DNA of 64,000 nucleotides from Lachnospiraceae bacterium (GCA_029007885.1 JAQXIR010000077.1:25693-89692); one strand, 5' to 3'; shown: positions 38,076 through 52,366, numbered from the stretch's first letter. Made by a program: numbers and translations. Notes: generated by a model not told the origin, from the sequence alone.

Positions 38076-39251
38076 TTAGTAGAATGCGATATTCAAATCC
38101 ACGCTTCCTTTAATGCCATCCACATTACCGGTTGCCGTATACTGCCATACGCGGTATTGATACGGATAATGAATCGGATAGCGATAATATGCAAACCATT
38201 TATCATAGTCTTCGAGCTGTTCTAAATCAAGCATCAGCATCATACTTTTTAGATTTCCGTAAATCATCGGCTCACGTCCTGCTTCTTTGATGCGGTTACA
38301 AAAAGCAATTACATTCTTAGTACGCTCCTCTACCGTCAAATCTTTTGTCCTGGAATCCGACTTAGATGCCGATTCCTCTACATCCAGTACAATCGGAAGG
38401 TCTATCTGATAATCGCGGATATTCTCCAAAATGTAATCTGCCTCTTCCACAGCCTCTTTTTCGGAAATTGCCTCCGTAAAGAAATATACACCGGCATCAA
38501 TTCCTGCTTCATTGCAGCCCTCAATGTTTTCTTCATATTTCTCATCCGTAACAATTTTTCCGCTGCCGTATCCCCGATATCCCAAACGGATATAGGCAAA
38601 TTCCACACCGTCTTTTGCTACTTTATCCCATTTAATATCCCCTTGAAATTTTGATACATCAATTCCTTTTTTGGAAACTACTTCCTCATCTACGCTGTAA
38701 GCTGCTTCTCCTTCATATTTTCCGGTTTCTTCGTTTTTCTCCGGAAAGGTAAAATTCTCAATCGCATAATCATTCTTTTTCAGTTCCGGAAGAATGTTAA
38801 AGAAATAATATCTTCCGCTTTCCGGAACCACAATCTTTTCCGGGTACAGTGTTTCCAACATCGCAAGCGTTCCGTCTCCGTTTTCCATCATAGTCTGGAT
38901 GGTTGTCAGATACTCTTGCGATACTTCTTCTTTTGCATCCTCTGCCAGAGCCGTAGCTTCTTCTTTTGTCAGATAACCGCCCGCTTTTATTTCTTCTTCC
39001 AAAACGGCTTTCTGATTCATCGCCTCGATTACCCGATTCTGTTCTTCTTTATATATGGACATCAAGTAAATACAACATCCTGCCAGAATAATGAGCAGCA
39101 GTGTCATCATAAATGTAATGAAATTTCTTATTCTTCGTTTTCTTTTGATTCTTTTGCGTCTTTCTTCTCTCGTTACTTCCATCTTTTCATTCCTAACTGA
39201 TTTTTTTTGATTCCTATATTCTATCATACTCATCTGCCTGTCACAACACAA
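38076..39251 (-). CDS. membrane-anchored GH25 muramidase (lysozyme)
   Basis: GIDVSKFQGDIKWDKV...FAYIRLGYRG...GVYFF are GH25 motifs, with an N-terminal basic stretch and TM helix. The true start may be an internal ATG (for example 39182). Confidence 0.85.
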   Translation of the reverse strand: MCCDRQMSMIEYRNQKKSVRNEKMEVTREERRKRIKRKRRIRNFITFMMTLLLIILAGCCIYLMSIYKEEQNRVIEAMNQKAVLEEEIKAGGYLTKEEATALAEDAKEEVSQEYLTTIQTMMENGDGTLAMLETLYPEKIVVPESGRYYFFNILPELKKNDYAIENFTFPEKNEETGKYEGEAAYSVDEEVVSKKGIDVSKFQGDIKWDKVAKDGVEFAYIRLGYRGYGSGKIVTDEKYEENIEGCNEAGIDAGVYFFTEAISEKEAVEEADYILENIRDYQIDLPIVLDVEESASKSDSRTKDLTVEERTKNVIAFCNRIKEAGREPMIYGNLKSMMLMLDLEQLEDYDKWFAYYRYPIHYPYQYRVWQYTATGNVDGIKGSVDLNIAFY

Positions 39252-39384
39252 GGAAGTTGCCCGAAATTTTCCAAAACTTTATTGACAATATTTTATGAAA
39301 ATGCTTTTATTAATTTATAGAACATACCATTTTCCAAAATCGGGAAATACTATATCTAAATGTTAAAGAAAGGATGATGTTTAT

Positions 39385-39888
39385 ATGAATACTTCTGTTT
39401 TACGTAATCTCTCTTATGGCGTTTATGTCATTTCTACGCTTGACGGCGATCGGTTTACCGGATGTGTCGCAAACAGCGCAATGCAAATTACATCTTCTCC
39501 CGTAACCGTTGCACTTAGTATGAATCACGATAATTATACACATAGCTGCATCGAAAAAACGGGGAAATTTGCAATTTCCATTCTTTCCGTTAATACAGAC
39601 CCTTCCATTATCGGAAAATTCGGTTACTATTCCGGAAAAGACACTGACAAATTTGAAAATATTTCTTATGAAGTAAAAGAGGGCATTCCCGTTTTAAATG
39701 ATTCCTGTGGATATCTTGTGTTTAAGGTAATCAATAAAGTGGATACCTCAACACACACAATTTTTATCGGGGAAATGATTGACGGAGATGTGAAAAAGGA
39801 TGAGATTCCGATGACTTATTCCTATTATCACAAAGTTATTAAAGGAAGCAGCCCGAAAAATGCACCAACTTATATAGCAGAAGAATAA
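39385..39888 (+). CDS. flavin reductase-like (flavoredoxin) family protein
   Basis: 167 aa with a split-barrel FMN-binding pattern (GVYVISTLDGDRFTGCVANSAMQITSSP). Confidence 0.8.
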   Translation: MNTSVLRNLSYGVYVISTLDGDRFTGCVANSAMQITSSPVTVALSMNHDNYTHSCIEKTGKFAISILSVNTDPSIIGKFGYYSGKDTDKFENISYEVKEGIPVLNDSCGYLVFKVINKVDTSTHTIFIGEMIDGDVKKDEIPMTYSYYHKVIKGSSPKNAPTYIAEE

Positions 39889-39948
39889 ATGGAATTGAAA
39901 AGGCTATCCACTGATTTTCGTGGGTAGCCTTTAAATTATCTTGTTGTA

Positions 39949-41175
39949 TCATTCCTCTTTTTCCGTCTTATAAAGGAATGCCTGGCTGTCTCGTTTTGCT
40001 TCTCCTTTATCTTCTTTTGCATAAAGAAGCTTCAAAATAATCGGCGTTGTAATAGAAGAAACGATAATCAGCAGAATAACAGATGTAAAGTACACCGGAG
40101 AAAGCAGTCCGACCGAAAGTCCTTTCTGGGATACAATCAAGGCAACTTCTCCTCTTGTCATCATTCCGACTCCGATTTTCAACGAATCATTTGTAGAGAA
40201 TCTGCATGCTTTTGCCGTTAATCCGCATCCGATTATTTTACAAAGCAGTGCAACCGCAACAAAAGCAAGGGAATACAGGAGGATTTCTCCGTTTATTCCG
40301 TCTATATTTGTTTTTAATCCGATACTTGCAAAAAATACGGGACCGAAGAACATATAAGAATTCGTATCCATTTTTTCTGCAATATATTCCGAATCTCTGA
40401 TGGAACAAAGAATAATTCCGGCTACATAGGCGCCTGTAATGTCTGCAATTCCAAAATATGTTTCGGCAATGTAGGAAAGTGCAAGGCAATACGCAAGACC
40501 GGCAATCGGAATTCTTCTGGTATGCGGATACCTGTTATCAAGCCATTTGAAGACTTTATAGGAAATATATCCGACAATCACTGCCAAAATAAAGAAAAGA
40601 ATTGTATTTAACACAACTTTTCCGGGATTGGAATCCGGGTTCTTAAATCCGATTACAAAAGTCAATACAACAATACCAATGACATCATCAATAATGGCTG
40701 CACTTAGGATAGTCGTTCCGACACGACCTTTTAGTTTTCCCATTTCACGAAGTGACTGAACCGTAATGCTGACAGAAGTAGCTGTCATGATAACGCCCAT
40801 AAATAGCGCCGTATAAAACTTTTCGGAACCCCAAGGTGCTGCTCCGTAAAATCCCATATATAATAACGTACCACCGACTAACGGTACGAAAACGCCGGCA
40901 CAGGCAATTAAGAATGCAATTGGTCCTGTTTTTAACAGTTCCTTTAAATCTGTCTCGAGTCCTGCGGAAAACATCAAAAGAATAACGCCGATTTCTGCCA
41001 TTTGGGAAAGAAACTCACTTTGTGCAACCCATCCAAGCACGCATGGTCCGATAAGCAGTCCGGCAATAATCTCTCCGACAACCTGAGGCGCTTTACATTT
41101 TCTTGCAAGAATTCCCATTGCTTTTGCTGCAATTACAATAATCGCAAGATCTTTTAATATACTAAGAGAATCCAT
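39949..41175 (-). CDS. CPA2-family cation:proton antiporter
   Basis: Polytopic, Na_H_exchanger-like. The start is set at the ATG at 41175, after AGGAGGGG. Confidence 0.85.
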   Translation of the reverse strand: MDSLSILKDLAIIVIAAKAMGILARKCKAPQVVGEIIAGLLIGPCVLGWVAQSEFLSQMAEIGVILLMFSAGLETDLKELLKTGPIAFLIACAGVFVPLVGGTLLYMGFYGAAPWGSEKFYTALFMGVIMTATSVSITVQSLREMGKLKGRVGTTILSAAIIDDVIGIVVLTFVIGFKNPDSNPGKVVLNTILFFILAVIVGYISYKVFKWLDNRYPHTRRIPIAGLAYCLALSYIAETYFGIADITGAYVAGIILCSIRDSEYIAEKMDTNSYMFFGPVFFASIGLKTNIDGINGEILLYSLAFVAVALLCKIIGCGLTAKACRFSTNDSLKIGVGMMTRGEVALIVSQKGLSVGLLSPVYFTSVILLIIVSSITTPIILKLLYAKEDKGEAKRDSQAFLYKTEKEE

Positions 41176-41238
41176 TTTTACCCCTCCTGTCTTAACACCA
41201 GTTACTGATTGTAGCACAATCTAAAGAAAGAAACAATA

Positions 41239-42654
41239 TCAACTGATTCCGTTTAATTCCTGATAAAGGTCTTTGGCAAAACTGTCTGTCATACCACAAA
41301 TATAATCAGTTACCAGCAGAAGACGAAGATATAATTTTTCCTGTTCTGATTTTTCTTTTGAAAAATAATGATAAATCCGTTTATAATCCTGTGAAATTAA
41401 CGTCATCAATTTTTGTTGTACTGCCGTCAGTTCTTTATCCGTATCATAATAAATAACCGCATCGATAAATTTATCTAATAAGAAATTAAAAATCGTCTCT
41501 GCCGCAATTTCCAGTTTAAAAATCGGTTTGGATGTAAATGCATAACGATATGCAATATCACCTAAAGCTTTCATCATTGTATAAACCGGCGTTTCAAAAA
41601 AGAGATCTTTTCTGTAAGTTCCTTCCATAATCGCTTCATAATGATTCACAAAACTGTCCGAAGCCGCAAAAAGCATATTTCCCTGAATACTTACCACCCA
41701 GTTTTGTACGGCATAGATATCCGGCTGTTCGTATTTACATTTTACTGCTTTGTCGTATTTATGTTCCAATATGGAAACCATTTTAAAATACAAACTGTCC
41801 GGTTGTTCATTAAGTCCCGCTGCTTTTAATTCTTCTAAGAGTTTTTCATAAGAAATACATCCCTTTTTTACAGCATCCTCGATATCTGCAGTTTTATAAG
41901 CAATATCATCTGCCGCTTCCAAAAGATAAGTAAGGGGATGTCTGTTTCCATTTGTTCCGAGAGAAGTTTCTATATTTTCAAACGTATCTCGATCGGCATA
42001 AAAGTATCCCATCTTCTTTGTTTTGATATCTCCGCTCTCTTTATTGATTTCCAAAGAGGAAACAGGATATTTGATAATGGTTCCAAGAAGTGCCTTTGTC
42101 AGATTCATTCCATGCTCATCCACCAAAAAATGCAATTTAGATACAACACGCAAAGCCTGTGTATTTCCTTCAAAATGATAAAAATCCTGTATCATCTGCG
42201 GTTTTAATACTTCTGTAAGCGGCTGTCCGTTAAACTCTATTTTTTCTAAGTTTCTTTTAAACCAGTCTTGTATTGCTGTCTCTCCAAAATGTCCGAACGG
42301 AGGATTTCCAATATCATGAATCAATCCGGCACATTGTAAAATTGCACATATATCTTCTTTCTTCTGCATGTCAAAAGAAGAATCTGTTTTCTCCCGAATA
42401 ATTTTTTCGCCGACATTCTGTGCCAATGATTTTGCAAAAGAAGATACTTCCAGGGAGTGTGTCAGCCTGGTACGGATATAATCACTTTTATCCAGCGGAA
42501 ATACCTGTGTTTTATCCTGCAGACGTCGAAAAGAAGCACTCCCGATAATACGGTGATAGTCTTTTTCAAATTCGGTTCTTAAATCTCTTGAAGTTGTACT
42601 TTTCTGATAACTTCTGATTCTGTCTCCGGACAAAAGCTGCTCCCAGTTCATCAT
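41239..42654 (-). CDS. dgt: dGTP triphosphohydrolase-family HD-domain protein
   Basis: Motifs FRRLQDKTQVF, RLTHSLEV and HDIGNPPFGH. Confidence 0.9.
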   Translation of the reverse strand: MMNWEQLLSGDRIRSYQKSTTSRDLRTEFEKDYHRIIGSASFRRLQDKTQVFPLDKSDYIRTRLTHSLEVSSFAKSLAQNVGEKIIREKTDSSFDMQKKEDICAILQCAGLIHDIGNPPFGHFGETAIQDWFKRNLEKIEFNGQPLTEVLKPQMIQDFYHFEGNTQALRVVSKLHFLVDEHGMNLTKALLGTIIKYPVSSLEINKESGDIKTKKMGYFYADRDTFENIETSLGTNGNRHPLTYLLEAADDIAYKTADIEDAVKKGCISYEKLLEELKAAGLNEQPDSLYFKMVSILEHKYDKAVKCKYEQPDIYAVQNWVVSIQGNMLFAASDSFVNHYEAIMEGTYRKDLFFETPVYTMMKALGDIAYRYAFTSKPIFKLEIAAETIFNFLLDKFIDAVIYYDTDKELTAVQQKLMTLISQDYKRIYHYFSKEKSEQEKLYLRLLLVTDYICGMTDSFAKDLYQELNGIS

Positions 42655-42745
42655 ATTTTTTCTTCCTTTCCGTAATTTTACTTCCTCTTAATCATATGTA
42701 TAATTGATAAAGATGGCAAGGAATTTTTTAGTCCGTAAAAAGTTT

Positions 42746-42779
42746 TCAGGCACTTGTAATAATGATTACAAGTGCCTGA
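42746..42779 (-). terminator. rho-independent terminator after fruA
   Basis: Perfect 15-bp stem tcaggcacttgtaat/attacaagtgcctga with a 4-nt loop. Confidence 0.85.
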
Positions 42780-42801
42780 TTTCTATTAAATAATAAGAGG
42801 G

Positions 42802-44700
42802 TTATTTAATATCCTTTTTTAAGATTCCAAGAAGTACACATCCGACTACGGAACCAACTAATAATGAGAGTAAGTAGAATAACGGAGAACCTACTGTAGG
42901 GAATACGAAAATTCCGCCATGAGGTGCCATTAATGTACAATTAAATGCCATTGATATTCCACCTGCTACCGCTGAACCTACGACACATGCCGGGATTACA
43001 TGGAGCGGATCGGATGCTGCAAACGGAATTGCACCTTCTGTAATGAAAGATAATCCCATAATAAAGTTTGTCGGTCCTGCTTTTCTTTCTTCTTCCGTAA
43101 ATTTGTTTTTAAAGAAGATAGTTGCAAGTGCAATTGCGATAGGAGGAACCATACCACCGATCATAACTGCTGCCATAATATTATAGTTTCCTGCTGCGAT
43201 AGAAGCTGTTCCGAATACATAAGCCGCTTTATTAACCGGGCCACCCATATCCACAGACATCATTCCTGCTAATAATAAGCCGAGTAAAATTGCGCTGGCT
43301 CCGTTTAATCCGTTTAAGCCGTTGTTTACTAATGTATTCAGTGCACCAATCGGAGGCTCTACAATATATGTCATTATCAATCCGATTAATAGAATACCGA
43401 TAAGCGGATATAAAAGAACCGGTTTTAATCCATCGAGACTCTTAGGAAGTTTATCAAATACTTTTCTTAAGAAACGTACCAGATATCCTGCGATGAAACC
43501 TGCTAATAATGCACCAAGGAAACCGGATGTTCCGTTTGCTGCGATTGCACCGCCGACAAATCCGACTGCAAGACCGGGTCTGTCTGCAATACTCATTGCA
43601 ATGAATCCCGCAAGAATCGGAAGCATAAATCCGAATGCTGTACCGCCGATTCCTTTAAAAATTGCTGCAAGCGGTGTGATTGTTCCGAAGTTACCTCTTT
43701 CTTCCATCGGAAGAGAATTTAAGTCAATTGAAAATCCATCAATTAGGAAAGCAAGTGCAATTAAAATACCACCACCTACTACGAAAGGAAGCATATGAGA
43801 AACACCACTCATCAAGTGCTTATAAATCTGATGTCCGATGCTGTCTTTTCCTTCCTCATCAGCTGTTTTTGAAACTTCTCCTTTTGCCTGATAAATAGGT
43901 ACTTTTCCGGAAATTGCTCTGTTTAATAAATCTTCTGCTTTGCTGATTCCGTCTGCTACTTTACACTGAATTACCGGTTTTCCTGCAAAACGATCCATCG
44001 GTACCTGCGTATCTGCTGCAACAATAATGCAATCAGCCTCTGCAATTTCTGCACTGGTAAGTACATTCTTTGCTCCCCCTGAACCTCTTGTTTCTACTTT
44101 GATTTTACATCCCAATTCTTTTGCCTTTTTCTCAAGAGATTCTGCTGCCATATACGTATGCGCGATTCCTGTCGGGCATCCGGTTACGGCAAGAATAAAT
44201 TTCTCGTCTCTTTCATTTTTTGCCATGGTTTTTTCCCCATCCCTTTCTGCTTCTGCTTTGTCTATAATTTCCAAAAACTCATCTACACTTTCTGCATTCT
44301 TAAGAGCTTTTGTAAATTTCTCATCCATAAGAAGAACGGACAACTTACTTAAAACATCAAGATGTACATTATCTTCCGTATTTGGTGCAGCGATTAAGAA
44401 AATTAAATGAACTTTTCCGCCGTCAAGAGCGTCAAATTCCACACCGTCTTTTACAACCATCGCTGCAAGTCCCGGACGTGTTACTGCGTCTGACTTACAA
44501 TGCGGAATTGCAATCCCATCACCAATACCTGTAGATCCTTCTTCTTCCCTTGCATAAACTCCTTTTCTGTAAGTTTCTGCATCATTGATTTTTCCGCTCT
44601 TAACCATTAAATCTACCATTTTGTCAAGAGTTTCTCTTTTACTGCTTGCAGTCCCGTTCAAATCAATGCTTTCTACCGCCAAAAGATCTCTGATTTTCAT
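42802..44700 (-). CDS. fruA: PTS fructose transporter subunit IIABC
   Basis: 632 aa. IIA (GIAIPH), IIB (AVTGCPTGIAHTYMAAE) and a IIC membrane domain. Confidence 0.95.
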   Translation of the reverse strand: MKIRDLLAVESIDLNGTASSKRETLDKMVDLMVKSGKINDAETYRKGVYAREEEGSTGIGDGIAIPHCKSDAVTRPGLAAMVVKDGVEFDALDGGKVHLIFLIAAPNTEDNVHLDVLSKLSVLLMDEKFTKALKNAESVDEFLEIIDKAEAERDGEKTMAKNERDEKFILAVTGCPTGIAHTYMAAESLEKKAKELGCKIKVETRGSGGAKNVLTSAEIAEADCIIVAADTQVPMDRFAGKPVIQCKVADGISKAEDLLNRAISGKVPIYQAKGEVSKTADEEGKDSIGHQIYKHLMSGVSHMLPFVVGGGILIALAFLIDGFSIDLNSLPMEERGNFGTITPLAAIFKGIGGTAFGFMLPILAGFIAMSIADRPGLAVGFVGGAIAANGTSGFLGALLAGFIAGYLVRFLRKVFDKLPKSLDGLKPVLLYPLIGILLIGLIMTYIVEPPIGALNTLVNNGLNGLNGASAILLGLLLAGMMSVDMGGPVNKAAYVFGTASIAAGNYNIMAAVMIGGMVPPIAIALATIFFKNKFTEEERKAGPTNFIMGLSFITEGAIPFAASDPLHVIPACVVGSAVAGGISMAFNCTLMAPHGGIFVFPTVGSPLFYLLSLLVGSVVGCVLLGILKKDIK

Positions 44701-44718
44701 GTTACTTCCTCCTCCTCT

Positions 44719-45639
44719 TTAATCTATAATCAGATCCTTATTATTATCCAATAAAGCGGTTACTTCCGCTTTTGTAGCAAGTTCTTCGGAAAATGCAGAA
44801 GCACTTCCTGTGCAGACACCCATTTTAAAAGCATCAATATAGTTACCGGATTTGAGGTATCCTGCTATGAATCCTGCCACCATGGAATCTCCTGCTCCGA
44901 CGGAATTTTTTAATTTACCTTCCGGTGCTCTGGCTTTTAAAACAGTTCCATCTTCTGCAACCAATACGGCTCCTTTTCCGGCCATGGAAACCAAAACATT
45001 TCTGGCTCCTTTTTCCTGTAATTTTTTAGCATATAGAATAACATCTTCTTTTCGGTCAATCTTAACTCCGAAAATTTCTCCCAACTCGTGATTATTTGGT
45101 TTAATTAAGAAAGGACGATATTGTAATACATTTAGCAAAAGATAATTGGTAGCATCCACTACAATTTTTAAATCTTTATCTTTTAAATAATCCATAATAT
45201 CCATGTATAAAGATTTTGGCATTGCATCAGGAATGCTTCCTGCAAGTACAAGAATGTCTCCGTCTTTCAATAGATCTAACTTTTGATACAACTTTTGAAT
45301 ATCGGATTCTTGAATAACCGGTCCCTGTCCGTTAATTTCTGTTTCTTCATCCGATCTTAATTTTACATTTATGCGGGAAATTCCTTTACCAACAGAAATA
45401 AAATCTGTGGAAACTCCCCTTTCTTTTAACAGACTTTGTAATTTTTCTCCCGTAAATCCTGCTAAAAAGCCAAGTGCGGTATTTTCATAACCAAGATTTT
45501 TGAGGACCATCGATACATTGATGCCTTTTCCGCCAGGGAAAATTTTTTCATCTTTTGTGCGATTTACTATACCGCAGGAAAAAGCATCAACTGTAACGAT
45601 GTAATCTAATGAGGGGTTCAAAGTTACTGTGTATATCAT
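44719..45639 (-). CDS. fruK: 1-phosphofructokinase
   Basis: PfkB family (MIYTVTLNPSLDY, GAGDSMVAGF). The ATG at 45639 follows GAAGGAA. Confidence 0.93.
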   Translation of the reverse strand: MIYTVTLNPSLDYIVTVDAFSCGIVNRTKDEKIFPGGKGINVSMVLKNLGYENTALGFLAGFTGEKLQSLLKERGVSTDFISVGKGISRINVKLRSDEETEINGQGPVIQESDIQKLYQKLDLLKDGDILVLAGSIPDAMPKSLYMDIMDYLKDKDLKIVVDATNYLLLNVLQYRPFLIKPNNHELGEIFGVKIDRKEDVILYAKKLQEKGARNVLVSMAGKGAVLVAEDGTVLKARAPEGKLKNSVGAGDSMVAGFIAGYLKSGNYIDAFKMGVCTGSASAFSEELATKAEVTALLDNNKDLIID

Positions 45640-45653
45640 TTTAATTCCTTCTT

Positions 45654-46397
45654 TCAAATATCCATTACATTTTTGTATTTACGATAAGAGTTTTGAGATA
45701 ATTTTGTCGTAATAACAGAAGCACTTTCAAAGGATGCAAATGTTACACTTGAAATTTTGTTAAACTTACTGTCATCTGCCAGTACATAACATTCTTTACA
45801 ATTTTCCATAGCTTTTCTTTTTACCATGGCTTCCTTTACTTCCGGAGTGGAAAAACCACGTTGTACGCTGATACCGTTTGCTCCAAAAAAGCCTTTTGTA
45901 AAATTGTATTTTTCCAATGTCGAAACTGCTTCTTCTCCGACAATTGCTTCTGTAATCGCTTTAAATTCTCCGCCGAGCAGATATACTGTATTGCCGCGTT
46001 CTGCCAGCCTTTTTGCATGTGTAATCGCATTTGTTACAAATATAGCCTGATTTTTATTGATATAATCAATCATCAGTTCCGTAGTTGTTCCGGCATCGAT
46101 ATATACAAAATCACCTTTTTCAATTAGTCCTGCCGCATATTTTGCAATTTTAATTTTTTCATCTTTATTCTTTTCTTTGCGATTCATAACTTCATCATCG
46201 CGTGTACTGTATACGGAATTTCTTGAAACCGCACCACCAAATACTTTTGTTAATTGACCGCTTGCATCCAGAGTATTTAAATCTCTTCGTATTGTAGATT
46301 CCGATGCATTGAGTTCTGTCATCAACTGCTGGACAGTTACGCTTCCCATGCTTTCCAGCATTGATAAAATTTTTGCAAATCGTTCTTCTGTCAGCAT
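45654..46397 (-). CDS. fruR: DeoR-family transcriptional repressor of the fructose operon
   Basis: N-terminal HTH (ESTIRRDL) plus a DeoR C-terminal sensor domain, heading fruK-fruA. Confidence 0.9.
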   Translation of the reverse strand: MLTEERFAKILSMLESMGSVTVQQLMTELNASESTIRRDLNTLDASGQLTKVFGGAVSRNSVYSTRDDEVMNRKEKNKDEKIKIAKYAAGLIEKGDFVYIDAGTTTELMIDYINKNQAIFVTNAITHAKRLAERGNTVYLLGGEFKAITEAIVGEEAVSTLEKYNFTKGFFGANGISVQRGFSTPEVKEAMVKRKAMENCKECYVLADDSKFNKISSVTFASFESASVITTKLSQNSYRKYKNVMDI

Positions 46398-46444
46398 TTT
46401 TCCCCTCCGTGCTTTTATGAATCTATTTGCTAACTGTTAAATTA

Positions 46445-46496
46445 ATTGTAGAGCCAAAAACCGTCAAAGTCAATCATAAACGGTCAAAATCATTCA
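46445..46496 (-). promoter_or_regulatory. fru operon promoter with a 16-bp direct repeat pair, a candidate FruR operator
   Basis: On the minus strand: TTGACT-N17-TACAAT. The repeats ccgtcaaagtcaatca (46461-46476) and cggtcaaaatcattca (46481-46496) match at 13 of 16 positions with 20-bp phasing. Confidence 0.45.
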
Positions 46497-46528
46497 CAAT
46501 AATTCATTTCTGAAATTGGAAGATTTTC

Positions 46529-46566
46529 ACAAAAAATCAGCGGGAGCTACTAAAACTCCCGCTGAT
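46529..46566 (-). terminator. rho-independent terminator after gyrA
   Basis: 11-bp stem atcagcgggag/ctcccgctgat followed by a T-run on the minus strand. Confidence 0.85.
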
Positions 46567-46579
46567 TCCTATCACTTAA

Positions 46580-49072
46580 TTATTCTTCTTCCGTTTTTAG
46601 AACATCTTCAAGTTCTTCATTACCGTCTGATACTTTTTCTCTTACTTTTGCAATCTTGGCAACTTTTACGTTATCATTCAGATTAATCATCTTCACTCCG
46701 GAAGTAATTCTTCCCAGTGTAGAAATATCTTCCATACGAAGCTGGATAATAATGCCTTCCGTAGTAATCATCATAATCTCATGATCATCATTCACTGCCT
46801 TAACACCAACAACATATCCAGTTTTTTCTGTTACTTTGTAACATTTTACTCCTTTGCCGCCACGTCTTTGTATCGTAAATTCATTCAGATATGTCCGTTT
46901 TCCCATACCGTTTTCCGATACAATCAGAAGAGAATCACCTTGGTGATCAAGCTGCATTCCGACGATTTCATCTCCATCGGAAAGATTCATACCTATTACA
47001 CCCATTGAAATTCTTCCGGTAGCCCTGACATCCGTTTCTTTAAAGCGGATACACATACCATGTTTTGTAACCAGGAATATTTCCGTATCTTTATCTGTTG
47101 TTTTAACTTCAATCAGTTCATCATCTTCCCGAAGATTAATAGCAGCAAGTCCTTTTTTCCGTACATTGCTGTATTCCATTACAGAAGTCTTTTTTACAAT
47201 ACCTTTCTTCGTTACCATGAAAAGATTTTTATTTTCTTCATAGTCTTTAATCGGAATGATGGCGGAAATCTTTTCACCCGGATTTAGATGCAATAAATTA
47301 ATAATTGCAGTTCCTCTTGCTGTACGGCCCGCCTCCGGAATTTCATATGCTTTCATACGATAAACTCTTCCGAAGTTTGTAAAGAACATAACATAATGAT
47401 GTGTTGCCGTCATTAAAAGATCTTCAATATAATCTTCCGCAATTGTCTGCATTCCTTTTATGCCTTTACCGCCACGGTTTTGTGATCTGAAATTATCGAC
47501 AGTCATTCTTTTGATATATCCGAGGCTTGTCATTGCAATTACGGTATTTTCATTTGGTATCATGTCTTCCATTGTGATATCAAACTCATCAAATCCAATC
47601 TGACTCTTTCTATCATCCCCATATTTATCGGAGATTTCTGTGATTTCATCTTTAATCACACCAAGCAACAGTTTTTCATCTGCAAGGATTGCTTTTAACT
47701 CAGCAATTTTTTTAATCAGTTCCTGATGCTCATTTTCAATTTTTTCACTTTCTAAGCCTGTTAATGAACGAAGTCTCATATCGGCTATTGCCTGTGCCTG
47801 AACTTCACTAAGTCCGAATCGTTCCATCAAACGCTCTTTTGCAATTTGTGTCGTTTTGGAACTTCTCATAATATGGATGACTTCATCAATATTATCAAGT
47901 GCAATTAATAAACCCTGTAAAATATGATCTCTCTCTTCTGCTTTATTCAAATCATATTTCGTTCTTCTTGTTACAACTTCTTCCTGATGTTTTAAATAAT
48001 AAACCAGCATGTCCAGAAGATTCATAATCTTCGGTTCATTATTTACGAGCGCAAGCATAATAACACCAAAAGTATCCTGAAGCTGTGTATGTTTATATAA
48101 TTGATTCAGAATTACATTTGCATTTGCATCACGGCGTAATTCCACAACAACACGCATACCTTCTCTATCGGATTCATCACGAAGATCTGTAATTCCGTCA
48201 ATTTTCTTTTCCTTATGGAGTTCTGCAATTTTTTCAATTAATTTTGCTTTATTTACAAGATAAGGAAGTTCCGTAATAATAATTTGCGTTTTACCGTTCG
48301 GAAGTGTTTCAATATTTGTTACACCTCTTACTCTGACTTTTCCGCGTCCTGTTCGGTATGCTTCCTCACTTCCTTTGGTTCCTAAAATAATACCGCCTGT
48401 CGGAAAATCAGGTGCTTTTACCAAAGATAAAATTTCTTCAATCTGCGTATCCCTGTTTTCTTCAACACGGTTATCAATAATTTTAACAACGGCACTGATT
48501 ACTTCTCTTAAATTATGAGGAGGAATATTGGTAGCCATACCAACGGCAATACCTGTCGTACCGTAAACCAAAATATTCGGAAAACGACTCGGAAGTACAA
48601 CCGGCTCTTTTTCGGTTTCATCAAAGTTTGGTACAAAATCAACAGTATCCTTATTGATATCCGCAATCATTTCCATGGAAATCTTGGAAAGTCTTGCTTC
48701 CGTATAACGCATAGCAGCTGCACCGTCACCGTCTACGGAACCGAAATTTCCGTGGCCGTCTACAAGCGGATAATGCATAGACCATTCCTGAGCCATATTA
48801 ACCAAAGCTCCGTAAATGGAACTATCACCATGGGGATGATACTTACCCATTGTATCACCGACAATACGTGCACATTTACGATGCGGTTTGTCAGGTCCGT
48901 TATTTAATTCAATCATGGAATATAAAACACGACGTTGAACAGGTTTTAAACCATCCCTTACATCCGGTAATGCACGTGAAGCGATAACACTCATTGCATA
49001 ATCTATATAGGAATTTTCCATGGTTTTTTTCAAGTCAACATGTTTGACATTGTCAAAAATTTGATCATCCAT
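46580..49072 (-). CDS. gyrA: DNA gyrase subunit A
   Basis: 830 aa with the active-site region AAMRYTE and QRDR-like HPHGDSSIY. Confidence 0.98.
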   Translation of the reverse strand: MDDQIFDNVKHVDLKKTMENSYIDYAMSVIASRALPDVRDGLKPVQRRVLYSMIELNNGPDKPHRKCARIVGDTMGKYHPHGDSSIYGALVNMAQEWSMHYPLVDGHGNFGSVDGDGAAAMRYTEARLSKISMEMIADINKDTVDFVPNFDETEKEPVVLPSRFPNILVYGTTGIAVGMATNIPPHNLREVISAVVKIIDNRVEENRDTQIEEILSLVKAPDFPTGGIILGTKGSEEAYRTGRGKVRVRGVTNIETLPNGKTQIIITELPYLVNKAKLIEKIAELHKEKKIDGITDLRDESDREGMRVVVELRRDANANVILNQLYKHTQLQDTFGVIMLALVNNEPKIMNLLDMLVYYLKHQEEVVTRRTKYDLNKAEERDHILQGLLIALDNIDEVIHIMRSSKTTQIAKERLMERFGLSEVQAQAIADMRLRSLTGLESEKIENEHQELIKKIAELKAILADEKLLLGVIKDEITEISDKYGDDRKSQIGFDEFDITMEDMIPNENTVIAMTSLGYIKRMTVDNFRSQNRGGKGIKGMQTIAEDYIEDLLMTATHHYVMFFTNFGRVYRMKAYEIPEAGRTARGTAIINLLHLNPGEKISAIIPIKDYEENKNLFMVTKKGIVKKTSVMEYSNVRKKGLAAINLREDDELIEVKTTDKDTEIFLVTKHGMCIRFKETDVRATGRISMGVIGMNLSDGDEIVGMQLDHQGDSLLIVSENGMGKRTYLNEFTIQRRGGKGVKCYKVTEKTGYVVGVKAVNDDHEIMMITTEGIIIQLRMEDISTLGRITSGVKMINLNDNVKVAKIAKVREKVSDGNEELEDVLKTEEE

Positions 49073-49090
49073 TTTATGATTTCCTTCCCA

Positions 49091-52149
<3,059 letters not shown>

Positions 52150-52156
52150 ATGCTAC

Positions 52157-52366
52157 CTATTTTTCTATTTTAATCTGTTTATTTTCAAATTCTACAAGAT
52201 CGCCTTCAACAAGTTTTTTACCACGTTGCAATTCTACAACACCGTTAACTTTTACAAGTCCGTTCTGAATTACAAATTTTGCATCAACACCTGAATCTAC
52301 AAATCCGGCAGCTTTTAATGCCTGACCGAGTTTAATATATTCATCTCTTAATTTTATAATTTCCAT
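52157..52366 (-). CDS. yaaA: S4-domain RNA-binding protein YaaA
   Basis: 69-aa S4 fold in the conserved position between dnaN and recF. Confidence 0.9.
   Translation of the reverse strand: MEIIKLRDEYIKLGQALKAAGFVDSGVDAKFVIQNGLVKVNGVVELQRGKKLVEGDLVEFENKQIKIEK

Noticed and set aside
38076-39251. GH25 muramidase taken as evidence of a prophage
   Set aside because: No holin, portal, tail or integrase genes are nearby. The TM-anchored architecture fits a housekeeping autolysin equally well.
41239-42654. dGTPase considered as an anti-phage dNTP-depletion defence gene
   Set aside because: It sits among conserved housekeeping genes with no defence-island neighbours. A housekeeping Dgt is the more economical reading.
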